Positions 8,223-17,120 of a DNA stretch of 64,000 bases are shown in pieces. The position numbers and the translations under genes are program-made. The stretch is taken from the NCBI GenBank assembly GCA_017517275.1, contig JAFWZX010000038.1, positions 388 to 64,387 of the forward strand, in the 5' to 3' direction. The notes under the pieces were generated by a model. The model saw nothing but the letters and a program-made list of their open reading frames with translations, was not told the origin of the DNA and did no database searches. The stretch comes from Clostridia bacterium (GTDB lineage Bacteria; Bacillota; Clostridia; UBA1212; UBA1255). Position 1 is the stretch's first letter; each line of letters starts with the position of its first letter.

Positions 8223-9479
8223 TTACATTCTACTTTTTTCTTCTAAATCATACGTCTCAACCAGCGCTTTAGTTATGGCATCGGCAATAACAGGCTTGTT
8301 ATCTATAATCCATTGAGCAGTTATCGGATTATCGTGAAAATTGACTTCTACAATCAATCCCATTATACCTACACTGTGAGGATTCCTTACCTCTCCGTAT
8401 CCGGCACCGTCAAACGCCTTCATACCGTCAATCAGCCACCCTTGATTAGATTCAATCGGACAACATTCTGTCAGTTCATCAATCAAATTACGTCCCAGCG
8501 TCATTCCTTCCTCGTCATCCGGATAATGGAAACACACAGGTCCGGTAGCAGTAGGAGCTTTACCTGTTGCGTTAGAGTGAATTGCCAGATATACGTCGCA
8601 ATTATTAGCTGCCGCTTCTGCAGAACGTTCACTAAGTCCGATTCCTATAGTCAAATCAGCGAGCATAACTTCACATTTGTACTTTTGAAGATTGTTATAA
8701 ACCATTTTAGCAACTGCAACCATTTGTTCCTCTTCATTAGTATCGCCCACGGCATACAGGTTTCCCGGCTGTTTGGATGGAGACAGATATATTTTCACGT
8801 TACCTTTATTAATTTCTTCCAATTCGTTTACCTTCTTTACATATGGAATACCTACTAATATTATTGCTGCGAGGCATAATGAAACAACGCATAACGGTTC
8901 CCAGATACTATGTCTTATGTTTTTTACTGAGTATTGAGGATTTTTACCTTTATTAACCAATGAAAATACAACTTTGAAGAGGAGGAAGCCTATCAACAAT
9001 CCAAACAGTCTGTATACTAAGAACGTAGTCCTTAATACGTATCCTACGTTAAGCAGACAAACGACTTCTATAATAACAGGAAACAATATTATGTAAATCG
9101 GTGCAATGTACAATTTCCTTGCTTTGTCCCATACGAGAGGAAACATTGCCCCCACTACGGTGAAAAGTAGCAGGGTGGTGACAATATCAGCCGTTTCCCC
9201 CGGTACAAAATGATATATATTGCCTGTAAGATAATTAATTTCCACCTCAAAAAACGGTATAGGATGTGCGTTTTCTAAATTAATTTGTGTTGTAAATCCC
9301 TGTCCTGTTATAATATCAGCCGACCAAACAGCAGCAGCGAATGTAATAGAAAAAACAAGAACAAATATAGCATGCAACCAATCAAAGGGCTTATTTTTAA
9401 CCTTTTTTAAAATGAAAATAACCATCTGCAAAAGTAACGTAATAATAAACGCTGCTGATAAAATGTAAATTTGTCCCAT
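8223..9479 (-). CDS. polytopic membrane (VanZ-like) domain fused to N-acetylmuramoyl-L-alanine amidase (Amidase_3)
   Basis: The C-terminal half carries DVYLAIHSNA ... GLIVEVNFHDN, typical of Amidase_3/CwlD-type enzymes. The N-terminal ~220 aa have 5-6 TM helices and VanZ-like motifs (INLENAHPIPFFE, ETADIVTTLLLFTVVGAMFP). Confidence 0.75.
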   Translation of the reverse strand: MGQIYILSAAFIITLLLQMVIFILKKVKNKPFDWLHAIFVLVFSITFAAAVWSADIITGQGFTTQINLENAHPIPFFEVEINYLTGNIYHFVPGETADIVTTLLLFTVVGAMFPLVWDKARKLYIAPIYIILFPVIIEVVCLLNVGYVLRTTFLVYRLFGLLIGFLLFKVVFSLVNKGKNPQYSVKNIRHSIWEPLCVVSLCLAAIILVGIPYVKKVNELEEINKGNVKIYLSPSKQPGNLYAVGDTNEEEQMVAVAKMVYNNLQKYKCEVMLADLTIGIGLSERSAEAAANNCDVYLAIHSNATGKAPTATGPVCFHYPDDEEGMTLGRNLIDELTECCPIESNQGWLIDGMKAFDGAGYGEVRNPHSVGIMGLIVEVNFHDNPITAQWIIDNKPVIADAITKALVETYDLEEKSRM

Positions 9480-9542
9480 AATTTCCGTCTCCTATTAATT
9501 AATCTTCTTTCATTTTAATTCATTAGAATAAATAAAACAAGA

Positions 9543-11276
9543 TTAATTATCCTGTTTTGCACTTATTTTCGGAGCGAAAGCTGAGGATATTTTCCTTGAA
9601 AACGGTGCAAATGCTTTCCTGGCTGCAGAAGCTAATTTAGGGTTTTTGAAAACATTATCGATTATCATCTCAACATTTTTGGTTATAACCCGAGAGGAAG
9701 GAATCTCATTGAAAACAAGTTCTAACGATTCGGCATCATTTTTCGTTCTGATATCTATGGTCCTCGAACATGCAAGTTCAAGAAAGGATACTCTGATTGA
9801 AAGCTTTCCGTAGACCACCTCACCCATAACAGCTATCTCGTATGATTCTGCTCCGATTTGTATAGTCTGCCTTGTAACCTTTCCGAAAGTGACGCAAAGC
9901 ATATATTCGTTGTTATTTTCTTTTACGGAAATTTCCAGCGTAGGCAACTTTTTTTTACCGTCACAAACTATTTTTTTCAGGAAAGAAATATTTGTTATTC
10001 CTTGTGAAAAATTATTATGCATTGCTTGTGAAATCAATGGAAACAAAGCCCCGCGTGCTGTATTTTTACCTGTAATAATATACTTCTTATTTTGTATTTT
10101 ATCTGAAAACCTGATAAAGGCCGCCCGTTTATTTTTATCATAATTCGGAATAATATTTGACTCAGTCGGAGCAGGTTTTGGAAGCGGTACCGATGAGGGA
10201 AAATAAGTTTTACCGAAGTACTTATGTGTTATGGCAAAAAAAGGTCCATTCTGTCCCAGTTCCTCATTACCGCAATTAGATACTATAAGCATATCTTTAT
10301 CTGTAAATCCAAGTATGTTTTGTCCAAAGATTCCGTTAAACAAGAATGTATTATCCTCACGGCCTACCCATATCTGACGGCCATAGTCATAATCTCCCAT
10401 CCACGAAGGAACAGACACTTTCTCTGCAAGCATATTATTTATTATGTTCACGGGAATTACAGCCTGCCCTTTCCATTTTCCTCCATTCAAAAAAAGTTGG
10501 CCCAGCTTTGCCGCATCATACAAGGTAAGGTATAGTCCCCAACCGCCTTTTTCAATTCCACACGGTGACAGCTCCCAGCATACGTCCGTAATATCAAGAG
10601 GTTGCCAAAGACGTGGCTTTAGATATTCCATCATATTTATTCCTGTTTTTTTCTTTACTATAGCACTCAACATAAAAGAATTCATACTGTCATAGTAGAA
10701 AATTTTTCCAGCCTTCTTGATTGCAATAGCATCAAAGTATCCTTTTATCCAGTCCGGCTCGTTCAAAGAGGATGATTCATTAAAAAGAACTCCGCTTTGC
10801 ATATTAAGAAGATGCTTTACCGTCACGTTTTTTCGCGCATTATATTGATGTTTTGTAATGTCTTCAGCAAAGATATCTGAAATACTTTCACCTATATTTA
10901 ACAAGCCCTCTTCCTGTAAAAAACCGACGGCAATACCTGTAATCGTTTTACTCAAAGAGTAGCACTCATGCCATATTCCGGCTTCATAACCGTGAAAACT
11001 CTGCTGCCATATTATCTTTCCGTGGCGAAGTATCATTATATTATGAAGATCAATCGTTCTTACACTTTTGAGGGCCTCAATATATTCCTTAATATATCTT
11101 GTATTAACGCCTTCGTCTTCAGGCAATACGTATGGAAAATCATTACCGTGCTTATCTTCCGATTTCCTCTGGACAGTTTTTTGCGTACAAAGAGGGAGCG
11201 CCGGAGTCAATCTTTTATCCGGAGACAGAATATCCATTATCATTTTTATACTTTTCAATTGCCTTTTTATACTCAT
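9543..11276 (-). CDS. serine hydrolase, beta-lactamase/transpeptidase fold (class C-like) with long C-terminal extension
   Basis: The SxxK motif appears in CYSLSKTITGIAVGFL, in a beta-lactamase-family context (HLLNMQSG). The product is 577 aa, with ~200 extra C-terminal residues of unknown function. Confidence 0.75.
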   Translation of the reverse strand: MSIKRQLKSIKMIMDILSPDKRLTPALPLCTQKTVQRKSEDKHGNDFPYVLPEDEGVNTRYIKEYIEALKSVRTIDLHNIMILRHGKIIWQQSFHGYEAGIWHECYSLSKTITGIAVGFLQEEGLLNIGESISDIFAEDITKHQYNARKNVTVKHLLNMQSGVLFNESSSLNEPDWIKGYFDAIAIKKAGKIFYYDSMNSFMLSAIVKKKTGINMMEYLKPRLWQPLDITDVCWELSPCGIEKGGWGLYLTLYDAAKLGQLFLNGGKWKGQAVIPVNIINNMLAEKVSVPSWMGDYDYGRQIWVGREDNTFLFNGIFGQNILGFTDKDMLIVSNCGNEELGQNGPFFAITHKYFGKTYFPSSVPLPKPAPTESNIIPNYDKNKRAAFIRFSDKIQNKKYIITGKNTARGALFPLISQAMHNNFSQGITNISFLKKIVCDGKKKLPTLEISVKENNNEYMLCVTFGKVTRQTIQIGAESYEIAVMGEVVYGKLSIRVSFLELACSRTIDIRTKNDAESLELVFNEIPSSRVITKNVEMIIDNVFKNPKLASAARKAFAPFSRKISSAFAPKISAKQDN

Positions 11277-11294
11277 GCAAAACCATCCTTATTG

Positions 11295-11332
11295 ACAAAT
11301 AAAGCCTGCTTAACTGATGATAAAGCAGGCTT
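11295..11332 (-). terminator. rho-independent terminator after rubrerythrin
   Basis: In the minus sense it reads AAGCCTGCTT-tatcatcagtt-AAGCAGGCTT followed by TATTTGT. Confidence 0.6.
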
Positions 11333-11354
11333 CGTAGTTACTATAGTTATTATA

Positions 11355-11894
11355 TCAATAATTCTCAGCTTTAATCTGGAAATATGCCTGTGGATGATCG
11401 CATACAGGACATTTTACAGGAGCTTTCTTGCCGACCATAATGTGTCCGCAGTTAGCACACTGCCAAATAACGTCACCGTCTTTTGAGAAAACAGCCTCGC
11501 CCTTAACGTTTGCAAGGAGTTTTCTGTATCTTTCTTCATGCTCTTTCTCAATCTTAGCTACAGCTTCGAATAAATAAGCAATTCTTGTAAAGCCTTCTTC
11601 TTTTGCTTCTTTTGCAAAAGTTGCGTACATATCCGTCCACTCATAATTTTCCCCCTCAGCTGCATCAAGAAGATTATCTGCTGTTGCAGGAACTCCGTCA
11701 TTATGAAGAATCTTAAACCATATTTTTGCATGTTCTTTTTCATTATTTGCTGTCTCTTCAAATATAGCAGCAATCTGCTCATAACCGTCTTTTCTTGCTT
11801 TTGATGCGTAGTAAGTATACTTGTTTCTTGCCTGTGACTCACCTGCAAATGCTGCCATCAAGTTAGCTTCTGTCTTTGAACCTTTTAATTCCAT
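11355..11894 (-). CDS. rbr: rubrerythrin
   Basis: It has an N-terminal diiron ferritin-like domain ([28 protein letters not shown]) and a C-terminal rubredoxin-like CANCGH...CPVCDHP. The ATG at 11894 (MELKGSK) has better RBS spacing than 11903. Confidence 0.9.
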   Translation of the reverse strand: MELKGSKTEANLMAAFAGESQARNKYTYYASKARKDGYEQIAAIFEETANNEKEHAKIWFKILHNDGVPATADNLLDAAEGENYEWTDMYATFAKEAKEEGFTRIAYLFEAVAKIEKEHEERYRKLLANVKGEAVFSKDGDVIWQCANCGHIMVGKKAPVKCPVCDHPQAYFQIKAENY

Positions 11895-11956
11895 TGTAAT
11901 CATACTCCTTTTATTTTTTTATCTATTATACCAAAAAAAAATGAATTCCTCCACTT

Positions 11957-12598
11957 TTATTTCTGATATTCTTCAATACTTCTTGCAATTATTATATATG
12001 TGTCATTCTTCATCAAGCGAAGAGCAGCCAGCATATTCTCCTGCGGAATGCAGACGCATCCGGCAGAGCCGTCAGACCCTTTGCGAGTACAATGAAGAAA
12101 TATAGCCGACCCTCTTGCGGGAATTATCGGATCGACGTTAAAATTAATCATCGCTGCATAATTATATGACTCTTTATAGTCAATTAAATGTTCTGAAGCT
12201 CCGCGATTCCAGTTATCAGGCATATCACAGCCGCGTACGTGAGTATTATACGTAGGAGAGTTACAATCCCCATCCCAATAGTCTTCCTCATCTACTTTTG
12301 TATATGAACAACTGAGTCCCCCGGGATTATCACATATTCCAAACTTTTCACCGATAGAATATATGCCTTGAGGAGTAGTCATGCTGCCTTCTTGTCTATA
12401 TTCAGGATGCATATCAACACCGTTTCTGCCAAGATATCCGCGACATTCAAAGGCTTGCCGCCACTGATTACCGTTTTTAATAAAAGCATGAAAAGTGCAT
12501 TTATTGCAATCTCTGTCTTGATATGTCAAAAAGACGGTATCAGCCGTCTTTCCGTTTAATATTTTATTAATTGCTGCAGTAAAGTCATTATTTAACAT
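11957..12598 (-). CDS. L,D-transpeptidase-fold protein (YkuD_2/YafK-like), no signal peptide
   Basis: It carries GSAIFLHCTRKGSDGSAGCVCIP (His ... Gly-Cys active-site arrangement). It is a paralog of the upstream gene (shared ASEHLIDYxESYNYAAMINFNVDP). The start is uncertain (12598 or 12619). Confidence 0.65.
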   Translation of the reverse strand: MLNNDFTAAINKILNGKTADTVFLTYQDRDCNKCTFHAFIKNGNQWRQAFECRGYLGRNGVDMHPEYRQEGSMTTPQGIYSIGEKFGICDNPGGLSCSYTKVDEEDYWDGDCNSPTYNTHVRGCDMPDNWNRGASEHLIDYKESYNYAAMINFNVDPIIPARGSAIFLHCTRKGSDGSAGCVCIPQENMLAALRLMKNDTYIIIARSIEEYQK

Positions 12599-13316
12599 AA
12601 TTCTCAAATTCCTCTGCATTACGTAATATCACGATATAGCCGTCTTTATTTCCCATAAGTTTGAGACACTCTATCATTTTATCTTCCGGAATCGCAACAC
12701 ATCCGGCGGAAGAGGAAGCACCTGTTCTTGTACAATGCAGGAAAATACACGAGCCTTTCCCCGGAATCGCAGGATCAACGTTAAAGTTAATCATCGCTGC
12801 ATAATTGTATGATTCTACATAATCTATAAGATGCTCTGAAGAGGCAGGATTCCATGAATCCGGCATTTCACTTCCCTTTACGTGCTGATTATACGTATCG
12901 GTACTTGAATCTCCGTTCCAATAATCATCTTCAGTGACCTTTGTATATTGTCCTGCAAGACCTGAGGGCCTGTCATATATTCCGAAACGCTCTCCTAAAG
13001 AATATATTCCGCCGGGAGTCGTACCGTCACCGGCATGGCGTGTATCAGGGTCGGACAATACTCCACTCCTGCCAACGTATCCTTCTGTAACGAATTCTTC
13101 TGTCCATACTCCCCAAGACTTAGTGTATGCATAATACGTGCAAAATGTAGTAAACTCGTCTTGTACAACAACGAAAATCACGTCGGCATCATCTGAAATT
13201 GGAAGTTCCTTTAACCTCATACCGAATGTTCCTCCGACTTTTTCAGGATCCGGTGCGCATCCAATCATAGAAAAGAATACTGCAATCAACAGAAAAAAAC
13301 ATAAAAACTTTCGCAT
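12588..13316 (-). CDS. L,D-transpeptidase-fold lipoprotein (YkuD_2/YafK-like)
   Basis: It has a lipobox signal (MRKFLCFFLLIAVFFSMIGC|APD) when started at 13316, and GSCIFLHCTRTGASSSAGCVAIP. The 13355 start of the ORF track would overlap the upstream deaminase gene. Confidence 0.7.
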   Translation of the reverse strand: MRKFLCFFLLIAVFFSMIGCAPDPEKVGGTFGMRLKELPISDDADVIFVVVQDEFTTFCTYYAYTKSWGVWTEEFVTEGYVGRSGVLSDPDTRHAGDGTTPGGIYSLGERFGIYDRPSGLAGQYTKVTEDDYWNGDSSTDTYNQHVKGSEMPDSWNPASSEHLIDYVESYNYAAMINFNVDPAIPGKGSCIFLHCTRTGASSSAGCVAIPEDKMIECLKLMGNKDGYIVILRNAEEFENYVK

Positions 13317-13320
13317 AACT

Positions 13321-13809
13321 TTAGTACCCACGGACACCCTCCACTGATTCATCATTCTCTATCCAATCTGATACCTTAATAACTCTGTACGAATCTTTGT
13401 CGTCTCTTATGTATACTGTCTCAATGCCACTGTTTATTACAACTCTTTTGCACATTGAGCAACACATACCATTAGAAACGTAGCTGCCGTCTTTAACGTT
13501 TATTCCGGTAAGAAACATCGCGGCTCCTATCATTTTATCGCGGGGAGCAGATATAATTGCATTCATTTCAGCATGTACACTTCTGCACAGCTCGTAGCGT
13601 TCCCCCCTGGGAATTTGCAGCTTTTCACGAATACAAACACCAATATCCGAACAGTTTTGTCTTCCTCTGGGCGCTCCCACGTATCCGGTGGAGATAACCT
13701 CGTCATTCTTTACGATTACTGCGCCATAGCGTCTTCTGAGGCACGTGCCTCTTTGTGAAACGACTTCTGCCAAATCGAGGTAGTAGTTAATCTTATCCCT
13801 GCGTGCCAT
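13321..13809 (-). CDS. comEB: deoxycytidylate (dCMP) deaminase, ComEB-type
   Basis: The zinc motifs are VHAEMNAI and CCSMCKRVVINSG. The N-terminus (YYLDLAEVVSQRGTCLRRRYGAVIV) is typical of dCMP deaminases. Confidence 0.85.
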   Translation of the reverse strand: MARRDKINYYLDLAEVVSQRGTCLRRRYGAVIVKNDEVISTGYVGAPRGRQNCSDIGVCIREKLQIPRGERYELCRSVHAEMNAIISAPRDKMIGAAMFLTGINVKDGSYVSNGMCCSMCKRVVINSGIETVYIRDDKDSYRVIKVSDWIENDESVEGVRGY

Positions 13810-13816
13810 AAAAACC

Positions 13817-15025
13817 TCACTTTTTGAATTTTACAAAGTTCTTCTTACCTATCTTAAGAACATCTCCATCTTCTAATTCTTTATCAATCTGAGCAAAGCT
13901 TATCTTATCCCCATTGAGCTGTACGCCGCCTTGCTTGAGCATGCGGATAAATTCGCTTTTACTTGGGACGAATTTCATCTCTACAAAATTTAACGCCACA
14001 CTTCCGATTGTTGCACCTGCTTCAATAGTAAGTTCCGGAATATCATCAGGAATTGCTTTTTTACTAAAAGCCGCATCGTAGAAGCTCATAGCCTTTTGAA
14101 CTTCATCCTCGCTATGATAGAGACCTGTAATAACCTTAGCGAGCCCGTATTTGACGTCGCGTGGATTCGCTCCGTTTGCAAGTTGCGCCTTTATAGCATC
14201 CACTGTATCGGGATGTTCATCTGTACAAAGCTCATAATACTTGATAATAAGTGAATCCGGAACCTCCATCACCTTCTTAAACATTACTTCGGCCGGCTCG
14301 TTTACACCGATGTAATTACCAAGACTCTTCGACATCTTCTCCACTCCGTCGAGTCCTTCAAGGATAGGCATGAACATAGCGATCTGCTGTTCCTGACCCA
14401 CTGACTTTTGAAGCATTCTGCCCATGAGAATATTAAAGGTTTGGTCTGTACCGCCAAGCTCGATGTCCGCTTCCAGTTCCACAGAATCTTTTGCCTGCAT
14501 AAGCGGATAGAAGAATTCGTGAATTCCAATCGGTACCTGCTTTGCATATCTGTTTTGGAAATCGTCTCTTTCTAACATGCGAGCTACTGTAGTTGTAGAA
14601 GCAAGACGAATTACGTCTTCAAACGTCATTTTTGAAAGCCACTCGCTGTTAAAACGTACATGAGTCTTATCTCTGTCCAGTATTTTGAAAATCTGATCGC
14701 AATACGTCTTTGCATTGGCTCGTACCTGCTCGTCAGAAAGTGCCACACGACCTTTCGATTTTCCTGTAGGATCACCAATCTTGCCGGTGAAATCTCCAAT
14801 AATTATAACAACCTGATGGCCCAAATCCTGCATCTGTTTAATCTTACGTAAGACAACGGCGTGTCCTATATGGATATCCGGTGCAGACGGATCAAGACCC
14901 AATTTTATAATAAGCGGTTTATTATTATCGTATGACTTTTGCAACTTCTGCATAAGTTCTTCTTCATTAACAAGTGTTTGTACACCTTTTGTGATTATTC
15001 TGTATTGTTCTTTTGGTGATAACAT
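13817..15025 (-). CDS. tyrS: tyrosine--tRNA ligase
   Basis: It has the class I HIGH motif (PDIHIGHAV), KMSKS, GDFTGKIGDPTGKS and a C-terminal S4-like domain (RMLKQGGVQLNGDKI). Confidence 0.93.
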   Translation of the reverse strand: MLSPKEQYRIITKGVQTLVNEEELMQKLQKSYDNNKPLIIKLGLDPSAPDIHIGHAVVLRKIKQMQDLGHQVVIIIGDFTGKIGDPTGKSKGRVALSDEQVRANAKTYCDQIFKILDRDKTHVRFNSEWLSKMTFEDVIRLASTTTVARMLERDDFQNRYAKQVPIGIHEFFYPLMQAKDSVELEADIELGGTDQTFNILMGRMLQKSVGQEQQIAMFMPILEGLDGVEKMSKSLGNYIGVNEPAEVMFKKVMEVPDSLIIKYYELCTDEHPDTVDAIKAQLANGANPRDVKYGLAKVITGLYHSEDEVQKAMSFYDAAFSKKAIPDDIPELTIEAGATIGSVALNFVEMKFVPSKSEFIRMLKQGGVQLNGDKISFAQIDKELEDGDVLKIGKKNFVKFKK

Positions 15026-15102
15026 AATAATGCCTACCTTTTTTATTTTCTATCTAATTAATTATATCGGTATTCAGATAAAAGTCAAATAAAATCCAAT
15101 TA

Positions 15103-16977
15103 TCATTTCACACTTACGTCAACGTAAATAGGCAAGTGATCCGATGTTTTCCTTGCAAAAGTCGTTTCTATTACGTCAAAAACGTGAACATCTAAATCAC
15201 TACCCATATAGAAAATGTGATCTATAGTGGTATTCTGTTTATCTTTCTTCGGATTTCCGTATTCATAGTAATATCCGTAGTAGGAATCATATTTAGGATA
15301 TCCGGTATAAGCTGTATGTGCATCTGCAACAGGAACAGTCAGCTGAGCTGACTTCATACCATTTTTTTCCAATTCACGAAGTGCAATTCTGCCGCCGTGA
15401 AGAGTAATAACGGAGTTGCGAGTCTCATCTATATACCTGCTGTTAAGGTCGCCTCCCAGCACAACAGGTAAATCGGCATATTCAGGGGTTGATTTTATTT
15501 CATCCAAGACTTCGAACAATTCGCGAACATTGTCGATTCTCGCAAGATTAGCACCTGCTATGTAACGTAAATCAGATTTGTCATAAGCCTTTCCGTCAAG
15601 ATCATATCCATCAGCATTCCAGTACATATGTGTGTTAAGCAAAATAATCATTTTACCTGTTTTCTTAATCCTCATAACAGCCCAAGTCACACCCTTGGAG
15701 TTCGAATCATTTTTAACTCTGCTGTCAGTCTGACATACGTACGTATACAAATATCTGCCGGCTTCTACAACTTCAACAACGTCTTTCTTATAAAAAATCG
15801 GCGTGTATAAGCGTATTCCGTTAATTTCAACAGGTACCTCGCTGTAGCCGGCTGCTTTTAATCCGGATACAGCTCTTTGGGCAGTGGGACTAAACTCCTG
15901 CAACATCAACACATCGGCATCATATTCCTCGTAAAGTTCTCGCTGAATTCTGAATCTTCTGGTGGGATTAATTGTAGGATTTCTGTCGCCGCCGAAAATA
16001 TTATGAGACAGTATTCTAAGATCTCCTGTTTTATCCCCCAGCATATTTGCATCTAATTTAAATTCGAAACTCAAATCTTCCCTCCGATTGAAGCCGTCTG
16101 AAATATCAACAGACTCTTTATCTATAAAAATCTCAGTAAATGCCTGATACGCAGCATCATATGCAGCAGCTGATCCTGCACTGATATATAAGTTGCCGTT
16201 CTCCGCTGCAATCTCATATTCGGTTAATGTCAATTGTTCTGCTCGTTCCGAAGAATAGCCAATATATACTGCCTTTCCGTTTGCCGGCTGTTTGTCTGAT
16301 ATTTCCAGCAATTTACCGCAAGCTTGCGCAACAGCCTGCTGCACCATTACCGCAAACTCATTTTCAATTGTAGTTTCATTTGCATTCAATATAATTGTGA
16401 AATTTTTTATATCGGTTCCGTTTATCGTCATACTTTTCACAGCATATCCTCCTTTATTATGAACATTCATTTCATTTTCATAATCAATATATGAGGTGCC
16501 GTCTTCCAAAGAAATCATATTATTAAATGCTTCAACAGCCTTCGCAGTAGCTTGAACGCAGCCGCCGGCAATTACAATTTTATTGCCGATTCTCTTGATC
16601 TCGTAGTCGTTAAAATCAAGTTCTTCAATTACGGAGTCACTTTCAGGAAAGCCTGTGTCACCTACAAGAATCTGGAAAACCTCCTCCTCATAGAACAAAG
16701 CCTCTGACACTTCCGTTGGCAGCGTTGCGTTTGTTTTAGTCTTTGCAATTTCCAGCAAATTTCCAATATTTACCTGAAGATCGTTATTGCTTTTATATTC
16801 CTTCTCAACGTATACCACAGTAAAATCACTCATACCTGCAGAGGCTATTGTCATCGTGTTGTCATCCGCTACGTAATGCCTTTGCAAATCATCTTCCTTA
16901 CAACTTACAAGTACAATACAAATAATCGATATAAGAACAATCAAAACAATATATATTTTATATCTGCGTTCTTGCAT
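15103..16977 (-). CDS. membrane-anchored endonuclease/exonuclease/phosphatase (EEP) family protein
   Basis: The C-terminal EEP signature includes ILSHNI, DVLMLQEF, GGDLNS and the terminal TSDHLPIYVDV. There is an N-terminal TM helix and a ~300-aa uncharacterised domain. Confidence 0.75.
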   Translation of the reverse strand: MQERRYKIYIVLIVLISIICIVLVSCKEDDLQRHYVADDNTMTIASAGMSDFTVVYVEKEYKSNNDLQVNIGNLLEIAKTKTNATLPTEVSEALFYEEEVFQILVGDTGFPESDSVIEELDFNDYEIKRIGNKIVIAGGCVQATAKAVEAFNNMISLEDGTSYIDYENEMNVHNKGGYAVKSMTINGTDIKNFTIILNANETTIENEFAVMVQQAVAQACGKLLEISDKQPANGKAVYIGYSSERAEQLTLTEYEIAAENGNLYISAGSAAAYDAAYQAFTEIFIDKESVDISDGFNRREDLSFEFKLDANMLGDKTGDLRILSHNIFGGDRNPTINPTRRFRIQRELYEEYDADVLMLQEFSPTAQRAVSGLKAAGYSEVPVEINGIRLYTPIFYKKDVVEVVEAGRYLYTYVCQTDSRVKNDSNSKGVTWAVMRIKKTGKMIILLNTHMYWNADGYDLDGKAYDKSDLRYIAGANLARIDNVRELFEVLDEIKSTPEYADLPVVLGGDLNSRYIDETRNSVITLHGGRIALRELEKNGMKSAQLTVPVADAHTAYTGYPKYDSYYGYYYEYGNPKKDKQNTTIDHIFYMGSDLDVHVFDVIETTFARKTSDHLPIYVDVSVK

Positions 16978-17051
16978 AACAAATCACCCATTTTCTTAGC
17001 ATATGCAGAAAAGTATCATATTTTACGTAAAAACTCAAGATTTTTTTATAT

Positions 17052-17087
17052 ATATAAAGAAACGTGGTATATTACAATACACCACGT
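17052..17087 (-). terminator. terminator closing the mdh-to-transporter operon
   Basis: In the minus sense it reads ACGTGGT-gtattgtaatat-ACCACGT followed by TTCTTTATATAT, about 35 nt after the stop at 17121. Confidence 0.55.
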
Positions 17088-17120
17088 CGTCAATGTTTAA
17101 AATGTTTTTAATATACAATA

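Noticed and set aside
8313-8858. A 181-aa plus-strand ORF.
   Set aside because: It is antisense to the Amidase_3 domain coding region, with no RBS or motifs.
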